A stretch of DNA of 64,000 bases from an uncultured virus (IMG/VR IMGVR_UViG_3300037067_024288) (taxonomy: Duplodnaviria > Heunggongvirae > Uroviricota > Caudoviricetes): the IMG/VR virus record IMGVR_UViG_3300037067_024288; one strand, given 5' to 3'. The position numbers and the translations under genes were made by a program. The notes beneath the pieces were generated by a model that saw nothing but the letters and a program-made list of their open reading frames with translations, was not told the DNA's origin and did no database searches. Of the stretch, positions 51,416-61,462 are shown in pieces; position 1 is the first letter of the stretch; every line of letters begins with the position of its first letter.

Positions 51416-52642
51416 TTTTTTAGGCAAGGATACCCCGTGAGCTTGCTCCGGGGAGGAATTGCCAGTTCTTTTTTAAGTTAATATTCAAATATAAGAAATT
51501 TAATTGTATATTTACAGCATGAAATTGACTTTGAAAATAAAGCTTTTGCCAGATAATCAGCAAGCTAATGTTTTGCTTGATACCATTAAAGAAGCCAATT
51601 ATGCATGTAATTATATTTCTGAAATAGCTTGGAAAAGCAAGGTTTTCAACCAGTTTAAAATCCACAAACTTTGCTATTACGAAGTTAAAAAGCGATTTAA
51701 TCTTTCTTCTCAGGTTATCGTCCGCTGCATCTCCAAAGTTACTGATGCTTATAAACTTGACCGGAAAATTAAAAGGGAATTTAGGGATTTTGGTGCCATA
51801 ACTTACGATCCCAGAATCCTCACCTACAAAGGAAATTCCGTTTCTATCTGGACTATTAAAAAACGTGTAAATATTCCATTTATCTGCCATAACCGAAACT
51901 ATTTGCCTTATATTAAGGGCGAAGCAGATTTGGTTTATAAAAAGGGTAAATTTTATCTTTTCCAGACGGTAGAAATCCCTGAAGAAGATGTTCAAGATGT
52001 TGAAGAATTTATAGGTGTAGACTTTGGCCAGACTGATATTGCCGTACTTTCTGACGGCACAAATTATAATTCCGAACAGCTTAAAAATGTTCGTAAAAAA
52101 TATTCTAAAGTGCGAGCGAGTGTTCAATCCAAAGGCACAAAAAGCAGTAAAAAGCTTTTGAAACGGCTTTCCGGGAAAGAAAAACGCTTCGTTTCTATTA
52201 ACAATCATGCGATTAGCAAACAAATAATAGCAAAGGCCAAAGAAGAAAATAAAGGCATAGCTATTGAGGATCTGAGCCATATCCGAAGGACGGCCAAGCC
52301 AAAAAGCAAGCGACAAAAGACAGAGTTGAACCGATGGAGTTTCTTTCAATTGAGACAATTCCTGACTTATAAAGCTAAACTTAAAGGGGTGAAACTGGCG
52401 GTTATCCCTCCGGCTTATACCTCTCAAACTTGCAGTGTTTGTAACCATATTGGTATCAGAAATGGAAAACATTTTAGATGTGAAAATTGTGGCAATATAG
52501 CGGATGCAGATCACAATGCAGCCATAAATATTGCTACATGGGGCTGTCTTATAAACCAGCCTGAAAAACCATCTATGTTGTACTGTCAAGTGCATTATTC
52601 TTAGGTTTAATACCTCGTCAGCTCTGCTGCGGGGTAGTTTAT
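51416..52642 (+). mobile_element. Non-autonomous IS200/IS605-superfamily TnpB element
   Basis: TTCAT then left-end hairpin accccgtgagcttgctccgggg; right-end hairpin cctcgtcagc..gctgcgggg tagtttat. Confidence 0.85.
51504..52604 (+). CDS. tnpB: TnpB RNA-guided endonuclease
   Basis: GVDFG, IAIEDL, YTSQTCSVC, CENC, ADHNAAINI. Confidence 0.95.
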   Translation: MYIYSMKLTLKIKLLPDNQQANVLLDTIKEANYACNYISEIAWKSKVFNQFKIHKLCYYEVKKRFNLSSQVIVRCISKVTDAYKLDRKIKREFRDFGAITYDPRILTYKGNSVSIWTIKKRVNIPFICHNRNYLPYIKGEADLVYKKGKFYLFQTVEIPEEDVQDVEEFIGVDFGQTDIAVLSDGTNYNSEQLKNVRKKYSKVRASVQSKGTKSSKKLLKRLSGKEKRFVSINNHAISKQIIAKAKEENKGIAIEDLSHIRRTAKPKSKRQKTELNRWSFFQLRQFLTYKAKLKGVKLAVIPPAYTSQTCSVCNHIGIRNGKHFRCENCGNIADADHNAAINIATWGCLINQPEKPSMLYCQVHYS

Positions 52643-52647
52643 TGATA

Positions 52648-52768
52648 TATCCATTGGTGTAATCTCTTTTGTATTGACTCTTTGGCCGCAACCAAAGAGG
52701 GGTTGAAATCCCGGAGAGAGTTGACAGCATACCGAAAGGAGGTCCCGGTTAAAGTCCGGGATGGGTTT
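52648..52768 (+). ncRNA. Unusual tRNA-like RNA with nested insertion and no anticodon loop
   Basis: Acceptor atccat/atgggt, T-arm cccgg-ttaaagt-ccggg, D-arm tggtgtaa..cagcat interrupted by a structured insert, cc-gaaa-gg in place of the anticodon arm. Confidence 0.45.
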
Positions 52769-52789
52769 TTAAAAGCTTTTTGAAGAAAT

Positions 52790-53053
52790 TAAGTTCATTG
52801 ACATGATTATTAAAGTGTTCTGGACGTCCGGGCGGAGCGGACCGGGTCCACCAATTTCGCCAATTGATGGCTTCTTTATAATTCTAGCCTAAACAAAAAA
52901 GAATTATAATATGGGCCCGAATTTAGTTTTGACAGGACATAAGTACGAATCATTGAGAACTTAATAACGCCATAAACGGCAAACAAATTGAAAGGAATGT
53001 GCCTCAGTTAAGAATTGCGGCATAATCAGCTCACCGGGGTGCTATATCCCCGG
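52790..53053 (+). ncRNA. ssrA: Circularly permuted (two-piece) tmRNA; tag (A)GKQIERNVPQLRIAA
   Basis: 3' piece cgggtccACCA ends 52853; 5' piece gggcccg starts 52913 giving G3.U70; gtgttctg/caggacat helix; tag 52978-53025 ends in AA-stop. Confidence 0.85.
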
Positions 53054-53057
53054 ACAT

Positions 53058-53130
53058 TGCAGGTTATGGAAGTGGTCATCCGCTTGGTCTCATAAACCGA
53101 GAATCAGTAGTTCGAATCTACTACCTGCTA
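53058..53130 (+). tRNA. tRNA-Met(CAT), 1:72 mismatch (initiator-like)
   Basis: gcaggt/acctgc acceptor, ttggt-ctCATaa-accga, agtag-ttcgaat-ctact. Confidence 0.85.
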
Positions 53131-53188
53131 CAAGGAATCAGCACCCATGTCACATACGTAGTGACCTTTTTTGCTGCATAGTTGAAGA

Positions 53189-53220
53189 AAGAGTACTCAG
53201 GTTTAATGCTTGAGTACTCT
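53189..53220 (+). terminator. Hairpin closing the RNA gene cluster
   Basis: agagtactca...tgagtactct. Confidence 0.6.
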
Positions 53221-53244
53221 AATTGAAATAATAATCTAATTATC

Positions 53245-53946
53245 ATGAAAATTTTTATTGTTGTTCATAATCAAGATATTATTTTAAAATTTAAACAAGA
53301 TTATTATGATTATACTGATTATCAATTTATCCTCGTTGGAGAGAATCCGTTAAAATATGCAAGTCATAAATATGTAACTCTTGTTCCTGCTTTTAATGAT
53401 GATAATATTGAGCGATATCCAAATCTATTAACATTTACAGCATGGTATTTTTTAGCTCAAAATTATGATTTTAGAAATATTGACTACATAGGAATATTTG
53501 AATATGATATTAAAATTTACAAACCATTATCCGAATTAGAACCTTTATGTCAACCTGATAGGATTATATCATTTTCTGAATTATCTGTTAATCATCCTTA
53601 TTCATTCAATAAAACAGATGGATTAAAGGCTGCCATTCGTAAAATTTATCATATTGATTTAGATGAGGTTATTTTAAATAATTACCGAGATACCAAAGAT
53701 AATCTCTGGGCACCAACTACAAATCATATTATGCCAGTTAAATTTTTAAAAGGCTTCGTGGATTGGTATATGAAACTTATCCCGGAAATATTCCAATATC
53801 CTAATTATCCTCACTTCCACGAGAGGGCTTTAAAAATCTATTCTATACTTAACGGATATCACAATATTTATAAGCCTGATTATATTACCCATGAACAATT
53901 GGGAAGCCATAGAATACCATTATTCCCTGAACAATTTAATCCTTAA
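53245..53946 (+). CDS. Glycosyltransferase-like protein
   Basis: YIGIFEYD, HFHER; cluster context. Confidence 0.5.
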   Translation: MKIFIVVHNQDIILKFKQDYYDYTDYQFILVGENPLKYASHKYVTLVPAFNDDNIERYPNLLTFTAWYFLAQNYDFRNIDYIGIFEYDIKIYKPLSELEPLCQPDRIISFSELSVNHPYSFNKTDGLKAAIRKIYHIDLDEVILNNYRDTKDNLWAPTTNHIMPVKFLKGFVDWYMKLIPEIFQYPNYPHFHERALKIYSILNGYHNIYKPDYITHEQLGSHRIPLFPEQFNP

Positions 53947-54110
53947 ATCATGAAAGAGCGATTTTCAATTTTTTTGGCCATATTTGTTTTTTTTGTTTTA
54001 GTAGTTTTAGCGATTTTAATGGTTAAATCAAACTATCCATTATATGCCCTGATTGTGGGTATTCTTTTAGGATTAATGATTTTTGGGATATATATATCAA
54101 AGAAAATAGG

Positions 54111-54809
54111 ATGGTAACTTGTGAATTTTTGCATCGTACCGGAAACAATTTGTTTCAAATCGCCATGACCTACGCAATGGCCGAAAAGTATAATGATGTA
54201 GCTGAATTTCCACCGTATCCTTATTTTAATCTTCCAAAAAGGACAAAACCTGTCCAAAATAAATTTGAAGAACCGGTTGGTAAGAATCTTTTAATTGATA
54301 TTCCTTATCGTCCAAATATGGTACTTATAGGATGGTTTCAGCGGCATGAGAGATTTGATTTTATCCGGGAAAAGCTTATCAAAGATGTTTTCAAAATACC
54401 GGATAAACCAATGCCTGAAACAATAGGCATTCAAGTTCGTAGGGGTGATTTTTTGCAGGATCCCGTAAACTTCCCGACACAACCCGACCAATACTACCTA
54501 AATGCCTTAAATGAAATAGGTTATAAAGGAAAAAGAATAGTATTTTGTTCTGATGATATACCTTACTGTCGGAAACATTTCGGACATTTACCTAATGTAT
54601 CATTTAGAACCGGATTCACCCCAGTACAAGATATAGAGTTTATGGCTAATTGTGAATCGCTTATTATTTCTAATAGTACTATGGGATTCTGGGGAGGATA
54701 CCTATCACTCAGGGAACGCCTTATTATTTATCCGCATAATTGGTTTGCAAAAAACTCAGGGAGGTTCGGAAATGAGATCTGTATGATATTAGAATGGAGG
54801 GAAAGATGA
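54111..54809 (+). CDS. Alpha-1,2-fucosyltransferase (GT11)
   Basis: GNNLFQ, QVRRGDF, SDD, NSTMGFWG. Confidence 0.9.
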   Translation: MVTCEFLHRTGNNLFQIAMTYAMAEKYNDVAEFPPYPYFNLPKRTKPVQNKFEEPVGKNLLIDIPYRPNMVLIGWFQRHERFDFIREKLIKDVFKIPDKPMPETIGIQVRRGDFLQDPVNFPTQPDQYYLNALNEIGYKGKRIVFCSDDIPYCRKHFGHLPNVSFRTGFTPVQDIEFMANCESLIISNSTMGFWGGYLSLRERLIIYPHNWFAKNSGRFGNEICMILEWRER

Positions 54810-55258
54810 TGGATTTTCAAACACCAAAACAAGTTTGCAATTATATGGCTTTACTATTACCAGATAATGCAGGAGATATACTTGAACCGACAAAAGGTTC
54901 AGGTAATCTAGTAGAAGCCTTGAAAAATAAAGGCAATGTTATTGCCCCAGATGATTTTTTTACAATGTTTAAAAGACAATTTGATTGGATCGTAATGAAC
55001 CCTCCATTTAGTCCAATGGCGCAAGGATACAAAATTCTTTATGAATGTATGGAAATGAGTAATAATATCATTGCATTAATGCCTTGGTTAACATTAATTA
55101 ATGGACAAAAAAGAACATCCGATATAATGAATTTCGGTTTAAAAAGCATAACTCATTTACCTCGAAGTATATTCAATGGGGCAAGAGTTCAGACATGTAT
55201 ATTAGAGATGCATAAAGGTTATACTGGTGATACTCTTTTTCAAACTTATAATATATGA
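54794..55258 (+). CDS. Small DNA adenine methyltransferase
   Basis: FQTP, EPTKGSG, NPPF. Confidence 0.8.
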   Translation: MEGKMMDFQTPKQVCNYMALLLPDNAGDILEPTKGSGNLVEALKNKGNVIAPDDFFTMFKRQFDWIVMNPPFSPMAQGYKILYECMEMSNNIIALMPWLTLINGQKRTSDIMNFGLKSITHLPRSIFNGARVQTCILEMHKGYTGDTLFQTYNI

Positions 55259-56007
55259 TAACGTGTGAAGAAAAAGGTCGGTTCGGGAATTATCTATTTC
55301 AGATTGCAGCTACAATGGGCTTGGCTGAAAAATATGGTGATACTGCCGAATTTGATGATTATGTAAATAGCCAAGAATTCAAAAATCATTATACTGCCGG
55401 GGTTGATGTAAGTTGGTTTCCCGATTTTGAACTTCCAAAAAGATCACACGAAATTGAGAATGTTTACGAAGAAATCGGGCATGGATACCAAGAAATACCG
55501 TATTCACCTAACCTTTGTATTAAAGGATTTTGGCAGTCAGAAAAGTACTTTTCCCATATTCGGGAAAAACTACAAACTACATTTCGGATCCCAAACGAGA
55601 CTATTTCCGGCACCATCGCGATTCATTATCGCAGAGGAGACTTTTATCTTTACCCAGACTTATTTCCTATATTACCTTCAAGTTATTTTATTCAAGCTTT
55701 AGGAATGCATTATGATTTTAATGAACATCAAAGAGTTATTGTGTTTTCAGATGAGATAGAAAGTTGCAAAAAAATATTTTCGAAGTATAACTTTGAATAT
55801 TCTGAAAATAAGAATCCCATTCAAGATTTTTACGCTATGTGCCGATGTGAGAACTTCATAATAAGTAATTCGGCCTTTTCTTGGATGGCTGCCTGGTTAT
55901 CTCGATCTCAGAAAAAAATTGTAATTTGCCCAGAAGAAAGTAAATGGTATGGTAAAAGCGGGATGGACACAAAAGATTTATTGCCTGATGAATGGATAAA
56001 AATTTAA
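55255..56007 (+). CDS. Alpha-1,2-fucosyltransferase (GT11)
   Basis: GRFGNYLFQ, GFWQSEKYF, HYRRGDF, NSAFSW. Confidence 0.92.
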   Translation: MITCEEKGRFGNYLFQIAATMGLAEKYGDTAEFDDYVNSQEFKNHYTAGVDVSWFPDFELPKRSHEIENVYEEIGHGYQEIPYSPNLCIKGFWQSEKYFSHIREKLQTTFRIPNETISGTIAIHYRRGDFYLYPDLFPILPSSYFIQALGMHYDFNEHQRVIVFSDEIESCKKIFSKYNFEYSENKNPIQDFYAMCRCENFIISNSAFSWMAAWLSRSQKKIVICPEESKWYGKSGMDTKDLLPDEWIKI

Positions 56008-56218
56008 AAATGAGAGATTTATCGCAAATTTTAATTGACTGTAAAGTAGGATTATTAAAAATTGAAGATGCAAAACAGGAAATACACAAATTGTTTAAAA
56101 ATCTCTTTGTTTTTAAATCGGGATACGAAATAGGTCATAGAAAAGGAGAAGCGGGAAGACTATTTAACGAAAAAACTATAAAAATTGATTTTGATAACTG
56201 GATTAACACCTTAGAAAA

Positions 56219-56902
56219 ATGACTGAAGAACAAATTCACCAAAACGAATATCGTAAAGTTGAAGACCACGTAAAAGAGGTCATTCGCAGTACAAACATTA
56301 ATTACAGCCCTTACTACCATGTATTGCCTGAATTAATTAATCAACGAGGATATGAATATGGTATCGAATTGGGCGTGTTTACGTTTGGGCATAGTCAGTC
56401 TATTCTTGATAAAACTAATATTAAATTAGTGATCGGAATTGATCCATATAAAGAATATCCATCAGATGCTATAAATATGGGTACAATCGTCAGCCAAACT
56501 GAATTTGACATACTTTATAGGTTGGTTAAAGAAGAATCGGCAAAATATAGCAATAGGTTTGAATTGTTTCGCATGTCAAGTGATGAAGGATTTAAATATA
56601 TTACTGAAACCGATAAATACATTGATGAATTGTATTTTACATTGATGAACAAAACTCTTGAATCAAAAGATAAATTTGATTTTTTTTTCGCGGATGGGTT
56701 ACATACTGCCGATCAATTACAAAGAGATTTATATAATTATAGTCAATTAATCAACAAAGGCGGTATATGCGCTGGCCATGATATTGATCACGGAACATTT
56801 CCGTTTTTAACTCCAGTAATTGAAAATTTCGCAAAAGTACATTCTCAAAATGTTATAAGAGGACCCTTCCATTCATGGTATATTGAAAAAAATTGGGACT
56901 AA
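56219..56902 (+). CDS. Class I SAM methyltransferase (Methyltransf_24-like)
   Basis: ELGVF.., IDPY, ADGLH, GG..AGHD. Confidence 0.8.
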   Translation: MTEEQIHQNEYRKVEDHVKEVIRSTNINYSPYYHVLPELINQRGYEYGIELGVFTFGHSQSILDKTNIKLVIGIDPYKEYPSDAINMGTIVSQTEFDILYRLVKEESAKYSNRFELFRMSSDEGFKYITETDKYIDELYFTLMNKTLESKDKFDFFFADGLHTADQLQRDLYNYSQLINKGGICAGHDIDHGTFPFLTPVIENFAKVHSQNVIRGPFHSWYIEKNWD

Positions 56903-57291
56903 TGGTAGAGCAAAAATTCCACTTCGTAAAAGGTTATTTTAATTACCGAATAGTCAGAAAATGCCCGAATAACCATTTTGAATTAGTATGCAAGATTCCT
57001 GTATTTTGTAGTGATGCAAAGGAATTTACTGAGAAAATAACTAACTTTTTAAATAATTAAAAGCTATGTGGCCATTCACAAAAAATGTAAAGATGGGTTT
57101 TAAAATAGAGAATCACCCGCAAGACAGAAAATGTATATTAATTTCAATAAAAGGAACCGGGTTGAATATGAATAATCCTGTACATTTGGAATGTGTAGAG
57201 GTCATAATTAAGGATAATATTCAGGAAATGTTTTGTGTCGGACATAACTTGCCTTCTCCACAGAAAAATATTTAATTAAAACTATAAAGCC

Positions 57292-58956
57292 ATGATGTTA
57301 GATTTTAAAGTATTAGTAAAAAAATACGACCTGAAAATTTCGGGTATTTTACAAATCGGTAGCCATTTTTGGCAAGAACGCGATGTATTATTGGATTTAG
57401 GAGTAAAGAAATTTGTACTTGTAGAGCCACAGAAACACGCTTTTAAGATTACTGAAGAAAGAAGTAAGGGTTTGGATGTCCAATTATTTAATTGCGCCCT
57501 GTCTGATAAAAAAGGTACTGCAAAGCTATTTACAAATACAAACAATGAAGGCCAAAGTTCTTCATTATTAAAACCGGCACTTCATTTACAAAAATATCCC
57601 GATGTTACTTTTGAAGGGGAAGAAACTGTTGAAGTAAAACTTTTAGATTTTCTGAAATTTGACAGATCAGCTATAAATACTATTTTGGTTGATGTGCAGG
57701 GTGCTGAAGGAAAAGTTTTTGCCGGTGGTGAAAATACTTTGGATGATATTGATATAATATATTCAGAAATCAACTTTGTTGAAATGTATGAAGGATGTAT
57801 TCTAGTAACTGAACTTGATAAATTACTTGGAAAATCTGGATTTGTAAGAGTAGAAACAGGACCAGAGAATGCAGGATGGTCCGATGCTTTATATCTCAAA
57901 AAATCGATTCTCGAAAAACCAAAATCTATACCTATGAAAGCTCAAATACCTGAAACTATTTCTGCGGATTCGGAAGGAGAATATCTGAAAAAATATCCCG
58001 ATGTTGCAATGGCTATAATGAGAGGCTCTTTTAAATCTGGCCGGGAACATTATGATCGTTATGGTCGTAGCGAAGGCCGGGAATGGGGTGGTGGAAAAAT
58101 TATTTCGGTAAATCCCTCAAATACCATAGTTAAAGTTAATAAAATTGATGTGCCACTTAAATATCGTCCAAATCAGTCGATTGTATATCCGAATGGAAAT
58201 AATACGCCCTTTGAAAAATGGTTTTATCAATGGCATTTGGAACACAATCCTAAAACTATCAGGACTTATTTACCTATCTACTGGACAGCCTTTTACGTGA
58301 ATCACCAATATGGCCAGGATAAAAAAGCAATTGCTGAACTTCAGAAATATATTGATAAGCTCGATAAGTCAAAAAAATACTTTACCATAGTCCAATATGA
58401 CGACAATATCCTAAACTCATTGGATGGACTTGATATAATTGTTTACGCTTCCGGCAATAATAAACCCGGATGTTATCCTATTCCCCTTCTCTCCGAAACC
58501 ATGAAAGTAGAACCTATTGACTATTCTATTAAAGATATTTTTATGAGTTTTCGGGGTGTAAATACTCACCCGATACGTAAAAAAATGGTTGATGAACTGA
58601 GTAAACATGCACCTATTTCATTTGATGTCGTTCCCTGGGATGAATATATTGACGAGCTTAAACACTCGATTTTTGCATTGTGTCCTCGCGGGTACGGGGT
58701 GACTTCCTTCCGGCTTTATGAAGCTATGCAATACGGGGCTATTCCCGTGTATATCTCTACAGGTGCAGACTTCTGGGACCCATTTAATTTACCTCCTGAA
58801 TTTTATGTGAAAATTCGCGAAGATGAAATTAATCTCATCCCTGATATACTTGGAAAAGTTAATCCTATTGATATGCGTAAAAAAGTAGAAGATTACTTCG
58901 GAAAGTATTTTACTTTTGAAAAGTGTGCTGAGAATATAATTTTTACATTGTCTTAA
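57292..58956 (+). CDS. FkbM methyltransferase fused to exostosin (GT47)-like domain
   Basis: QIGSH, VEP, DVQGAE; FALCPRG.G..SFRLYEA..GAIPVYI. Confidence 0.85.
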   Translation: MMLDFKVLVKKYDLKISGILQIGSHFWQERDVLLDLGVKKFVLVEPQKHAFKITEERSKGLDVQLFNCALSDKKGTAKLFTNTNNEGQSSSLLKPALHLQKYPDVTFEGEETVEVKLLDFLKFDRSAINTILVDVQGAEGKVFAGGENTLDDIDIIYSEINFVEMYEGCILVTELDKLLGKSGFVRVETGPENAGWSDALYLKKSILEKPKSIPMKAQIPETISADSEGEYLKKYPDVAMAIMRGSFKSGREHYDRYGRSEGREWGGGKIISVNPSNTIVKVNKIDVPLKYRPNQSIVYPNGNNTPFEKWFYQWHLEHNPKTIRTYLPIYWTAFYVNHQYGQDKKAIAELQKYIDKLDKSKKYFTIVQYDDNILNSLDGLDIIVYASGNNKPGCYPIPLLSETMKVEPIDYSIKDIFMSFRGVNTHPIRKKMVDELSKHAPISFDVVPWDEYIDELKHSIFALCPRGYGVTSFRLYEAMQYGAIPVYISTGADFWDPFNLPPEFYVKIREDEINLIPDILGKVNPIDMRKKVEDYFGKYFTFEKCAENIIFTLS

Positions 58957-58993
58957 TGTCTGAATCATATCATTATTAATTAAATAGTCTAAA

Positions 58994-59737
58994 ATGATTG
59001 AACACTGGAATATACCCGAAATATTAAGAGAACAATATTTGGGTTTCATTAGATTATGTTTAGTGGATGAAAATGAATTTGCATATTTCAAAAGGCATCC
59101 TGCTATTAAGGTTATTATTGAGAATACAGATGTTGAAAGCGGATATGAGTGTTTAGAAAAGGCAAACGCAATAATTATGCGTATTGACTATCCTCGCCAT
59201 TTCAATGAAATTGAATCTATTTCTGACCATGAGAAAATAGGAAATCCTGATATTTTTAATAATATTTTCGGCGTAACTATTAGCCCGACAACCTCACGTT
59301 ATTTAATGCATTTAAGTCAAATATACGAATGGTTTGATGATTTGAACGAGTTAGTTATTGGAGAAATTGGAGCTGGGTATGGTGGACTTTGTACAATCAT
59401 TCATGAATATTTTGATCCAAAAGAGTATATTCTCTTTGACCTTCCTGAAGTAATGGATTTTCAGGTCAAATACATCAAAAAATTCAATCCTGACATTAAT
59501 GTAAGTAGAAATGTTAAAAAAGACACTAAACTTGACTTGATATTAGCATTTTGTTCATGGTCCGAACTTGACTACGACTTAAAAATGGATTATTTAGTAA
59601 ATGTTATCAGTAAAGCCAAGAAAGGTGTATTAGCAATTAACTATGACTATGAATTGAATGTTGAACTCGTCAGAAATGTTTTACTTGACAAGAAAATTAC
59701 TGAGCGTATTCCGGGATTTATAATAACATTTGAATAA
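58994..59737 (+). CDS. Putative sugar O-methyltransferase
   Basis: EIGAGYGG, DLPEV, SWSEL. Confidence 0.75.
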   Translation: MIEHWNIPEILREQYLGFIRLCLVDENEFAYFKRHPAIKVIIENTDVESGYECLEKANAIIMRIDYPRHFNEIESISDHEKIGNPDIFNNIFGVTISPTTSRYLMHLSQIYEWFDDLNELVIGEIGAGYGGLCTIIHEYFDPKEYILFDLPEVMDFQVKYIKKFNPDINVSRNVKKDTKLDLILAFCSWSELDYDLKMDYLVNVISKAKKGVLAINYDYELNVELVRNVLLDKKITERIPGFIITFE

Positions 59738-60489
59738 TGCGAAAAATATTTATTACATATTGCGATTACCCTTTGGGACATTTGCGAAGGGAAATCTATG
59801 AGAAATACACAAAGCCAAGATTTATAGCTTATTGTGATAAGCATGGTTTTGAATTTATTCCTATTATGGAAAATATCGCTACTCCGCGAAATTTAGGCTT
59901 TGCAAAAGTATTTTGGATAAAACAGAATATGGCAAACTTGGCCGATGGTGATGTAATTACCTACATGGATATTGATTGTTGCATTATGGATGGTAGGGTT
60001 TCGGCAATATTTGATGCAGATTTTTCTATTGTCAGGGAATCTACCGGATGTCTTTGCATGGGTGGTACATGGAGTGTAAAAATTTCAGATTGGAGTCGTA
60101 AGTTTATCGAAGAAATGTGTTCTGAAGAAAGACATCAAAAAAGTTGTCATTTAGGATCATGGAACGTCTGGCATGAAAATGATGCTGTTTATCACGTTCT
60201 TGGCCTTAATTGGGGACAGGAAATGACTGAAATGGGAACCAGAGATACGACTCCTTTTACCAAAGAAGAAATATTTAAGCATGTTAAAATATTGCCGGTA
60301 GAATGGGGAGTTACCTATAATCCAAATGATACAAATAACCCACCCAATTATTATAAAACAATCGCTCAATATTTTAGACCTGAAAATTATCGATCTATTG
60401 ATGATACTATTGTACGGCATTTATCTGCCAGTTCTATGTTGGAAGATTGGGCAGAAGAAAAATATTTTAAAATACCTATGAAAATATGA
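59737..60489 (+). CDS. GT34-like glycosyltransferase
   Basis: AYCDKHG, AKV.WI, YMDID, W.E. Confidence 0.65.
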   Translation: MRKIFITYCDYPLGHLRREIYEKYTKPRFIAYCDKHGFEFIPIMENIATPRNLGFAKVFWIKQNMANLADGDVITYMDIDCCIMDGRVSAIFDADFSIVRESTGCLCMGGTWSVKISDWSRKFIEEMCSEERHQKSCHLGSWNVWHENDAVYHVLGLNWGQEMTEMGTRDTTPFTKEEIFKHVKILPVEWGVTYNPNDTNNPPNYYKTIAQYFRPENYRSIDDTIVRHLSASSMLEDWAEEKYFKIPMKI

Positions 60490-61196
60490 TGAATGATCCC
60501 CGTAGAATAAGTGTTGTTTGCCCTTATTTTAATAGGAGTGATAAGATTATGGATATGCTTGAGCCATTACTTCCAGATAACCGTATTGATCAGATCGTTC
60601 TTTGTGATGATAGAAGCCCAGACGATGATTTCTATAAATTAATTGACATCGTAAAAGACTTCAAAAAAGTAGTTGTTTACCGGAATGTTATCAATTTATA
60701 TATTCAACAAAACAAAAGAACGGCCATATCTTTTTCTAAAAATGATTTTTTGGCTGTTGTAGATAATGATAACCGCATGGATAAGGATTTCTTTGATAAG
60801 ATTTTTGCTATTCCAGATTGGCAACCTAATATCCTTTATTCACCGGCCTTTGGGTTTCCAAATTTCAATTATTGTCATTTAAACGGACAAACCATTACAA
60901 AACAAAATATCTCATCATATACAGGAGATAAATCAATAATAACATTTTGCAATTTAAATAATTATTTTGTCAATCGAAACCAATTCCTGAACACTTATAT
61001 TCATGATGATAATGTAAGGGGTGCGGATGGTCTCGCAACATATTTTAATTGGCTAAAAGCAGGTAATTCAATATATGTAGTCCCGGACCTTACTTATCAG
61101 CATAGAATAAGTCCTGATTCAGTATTTCTTTCTGAGACTGATTCAAATATGCAGAAAGTTTATTTGTGGTTTGAGAAATTGAAAGAACTGAAATAG
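60486..61196 (+). CDS. GT2 glycosyltransferase
   Basis: ISVVCPYFNR, DDRS, VDND. Confidence 0.85.
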   Translation: MMNDPRRISVVCPYFNRSDKIMDMLEPLLPDNRIDQIVLCDDRSPDDDFYKLIDIVKDFKKVVVYRNVINLYIQQNKRTAISFSKNDFLAVVDNDNRMDKDFFDKIFAIPDWQPNILYSPAFGFPNFNYCHLNGQTITKQNISSYTGDKSIITFCNLNNYFVNRNQFLNTYIHDDNVRGADGLATYFNWLKAGNSIYVVPDLTYQHRISPDSVFLSETDSNMQKVYLWFEKLKELK

Positions 61197-61462
61197 TTAC
61201 GAAATAGCTAATATTTTTGACTAAAAGTTTTGCATATATCTCATAAATTACTAATATTGAGTATCTAAAATAATTAAGCCGTGAGAATCAAACCTTTAAA
61301 TAATAAATTAGCATTTTGGCTATTTGTAATACTTACTATCATTGATATTGGCATAGTAATTTTTCATCCATTGATGTTTATAGGAAAAATTTTTATTGGG
61401 GCAAGCTTAGCTCTCTCAGTTGTCAATATCCCTTTGTTGTGGAAATATAAATTCTAAAAAAA

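Noticed and set aside
51420..52730. 436-aa minus-strand ORF
   Set aside because: Antisense shadow of tnpB with no motifs.
52648..52768. Functional tRNA with an intron
   Set aside because: No 7-nt anticodon loop; the insert is too short for a self-splicing intron.
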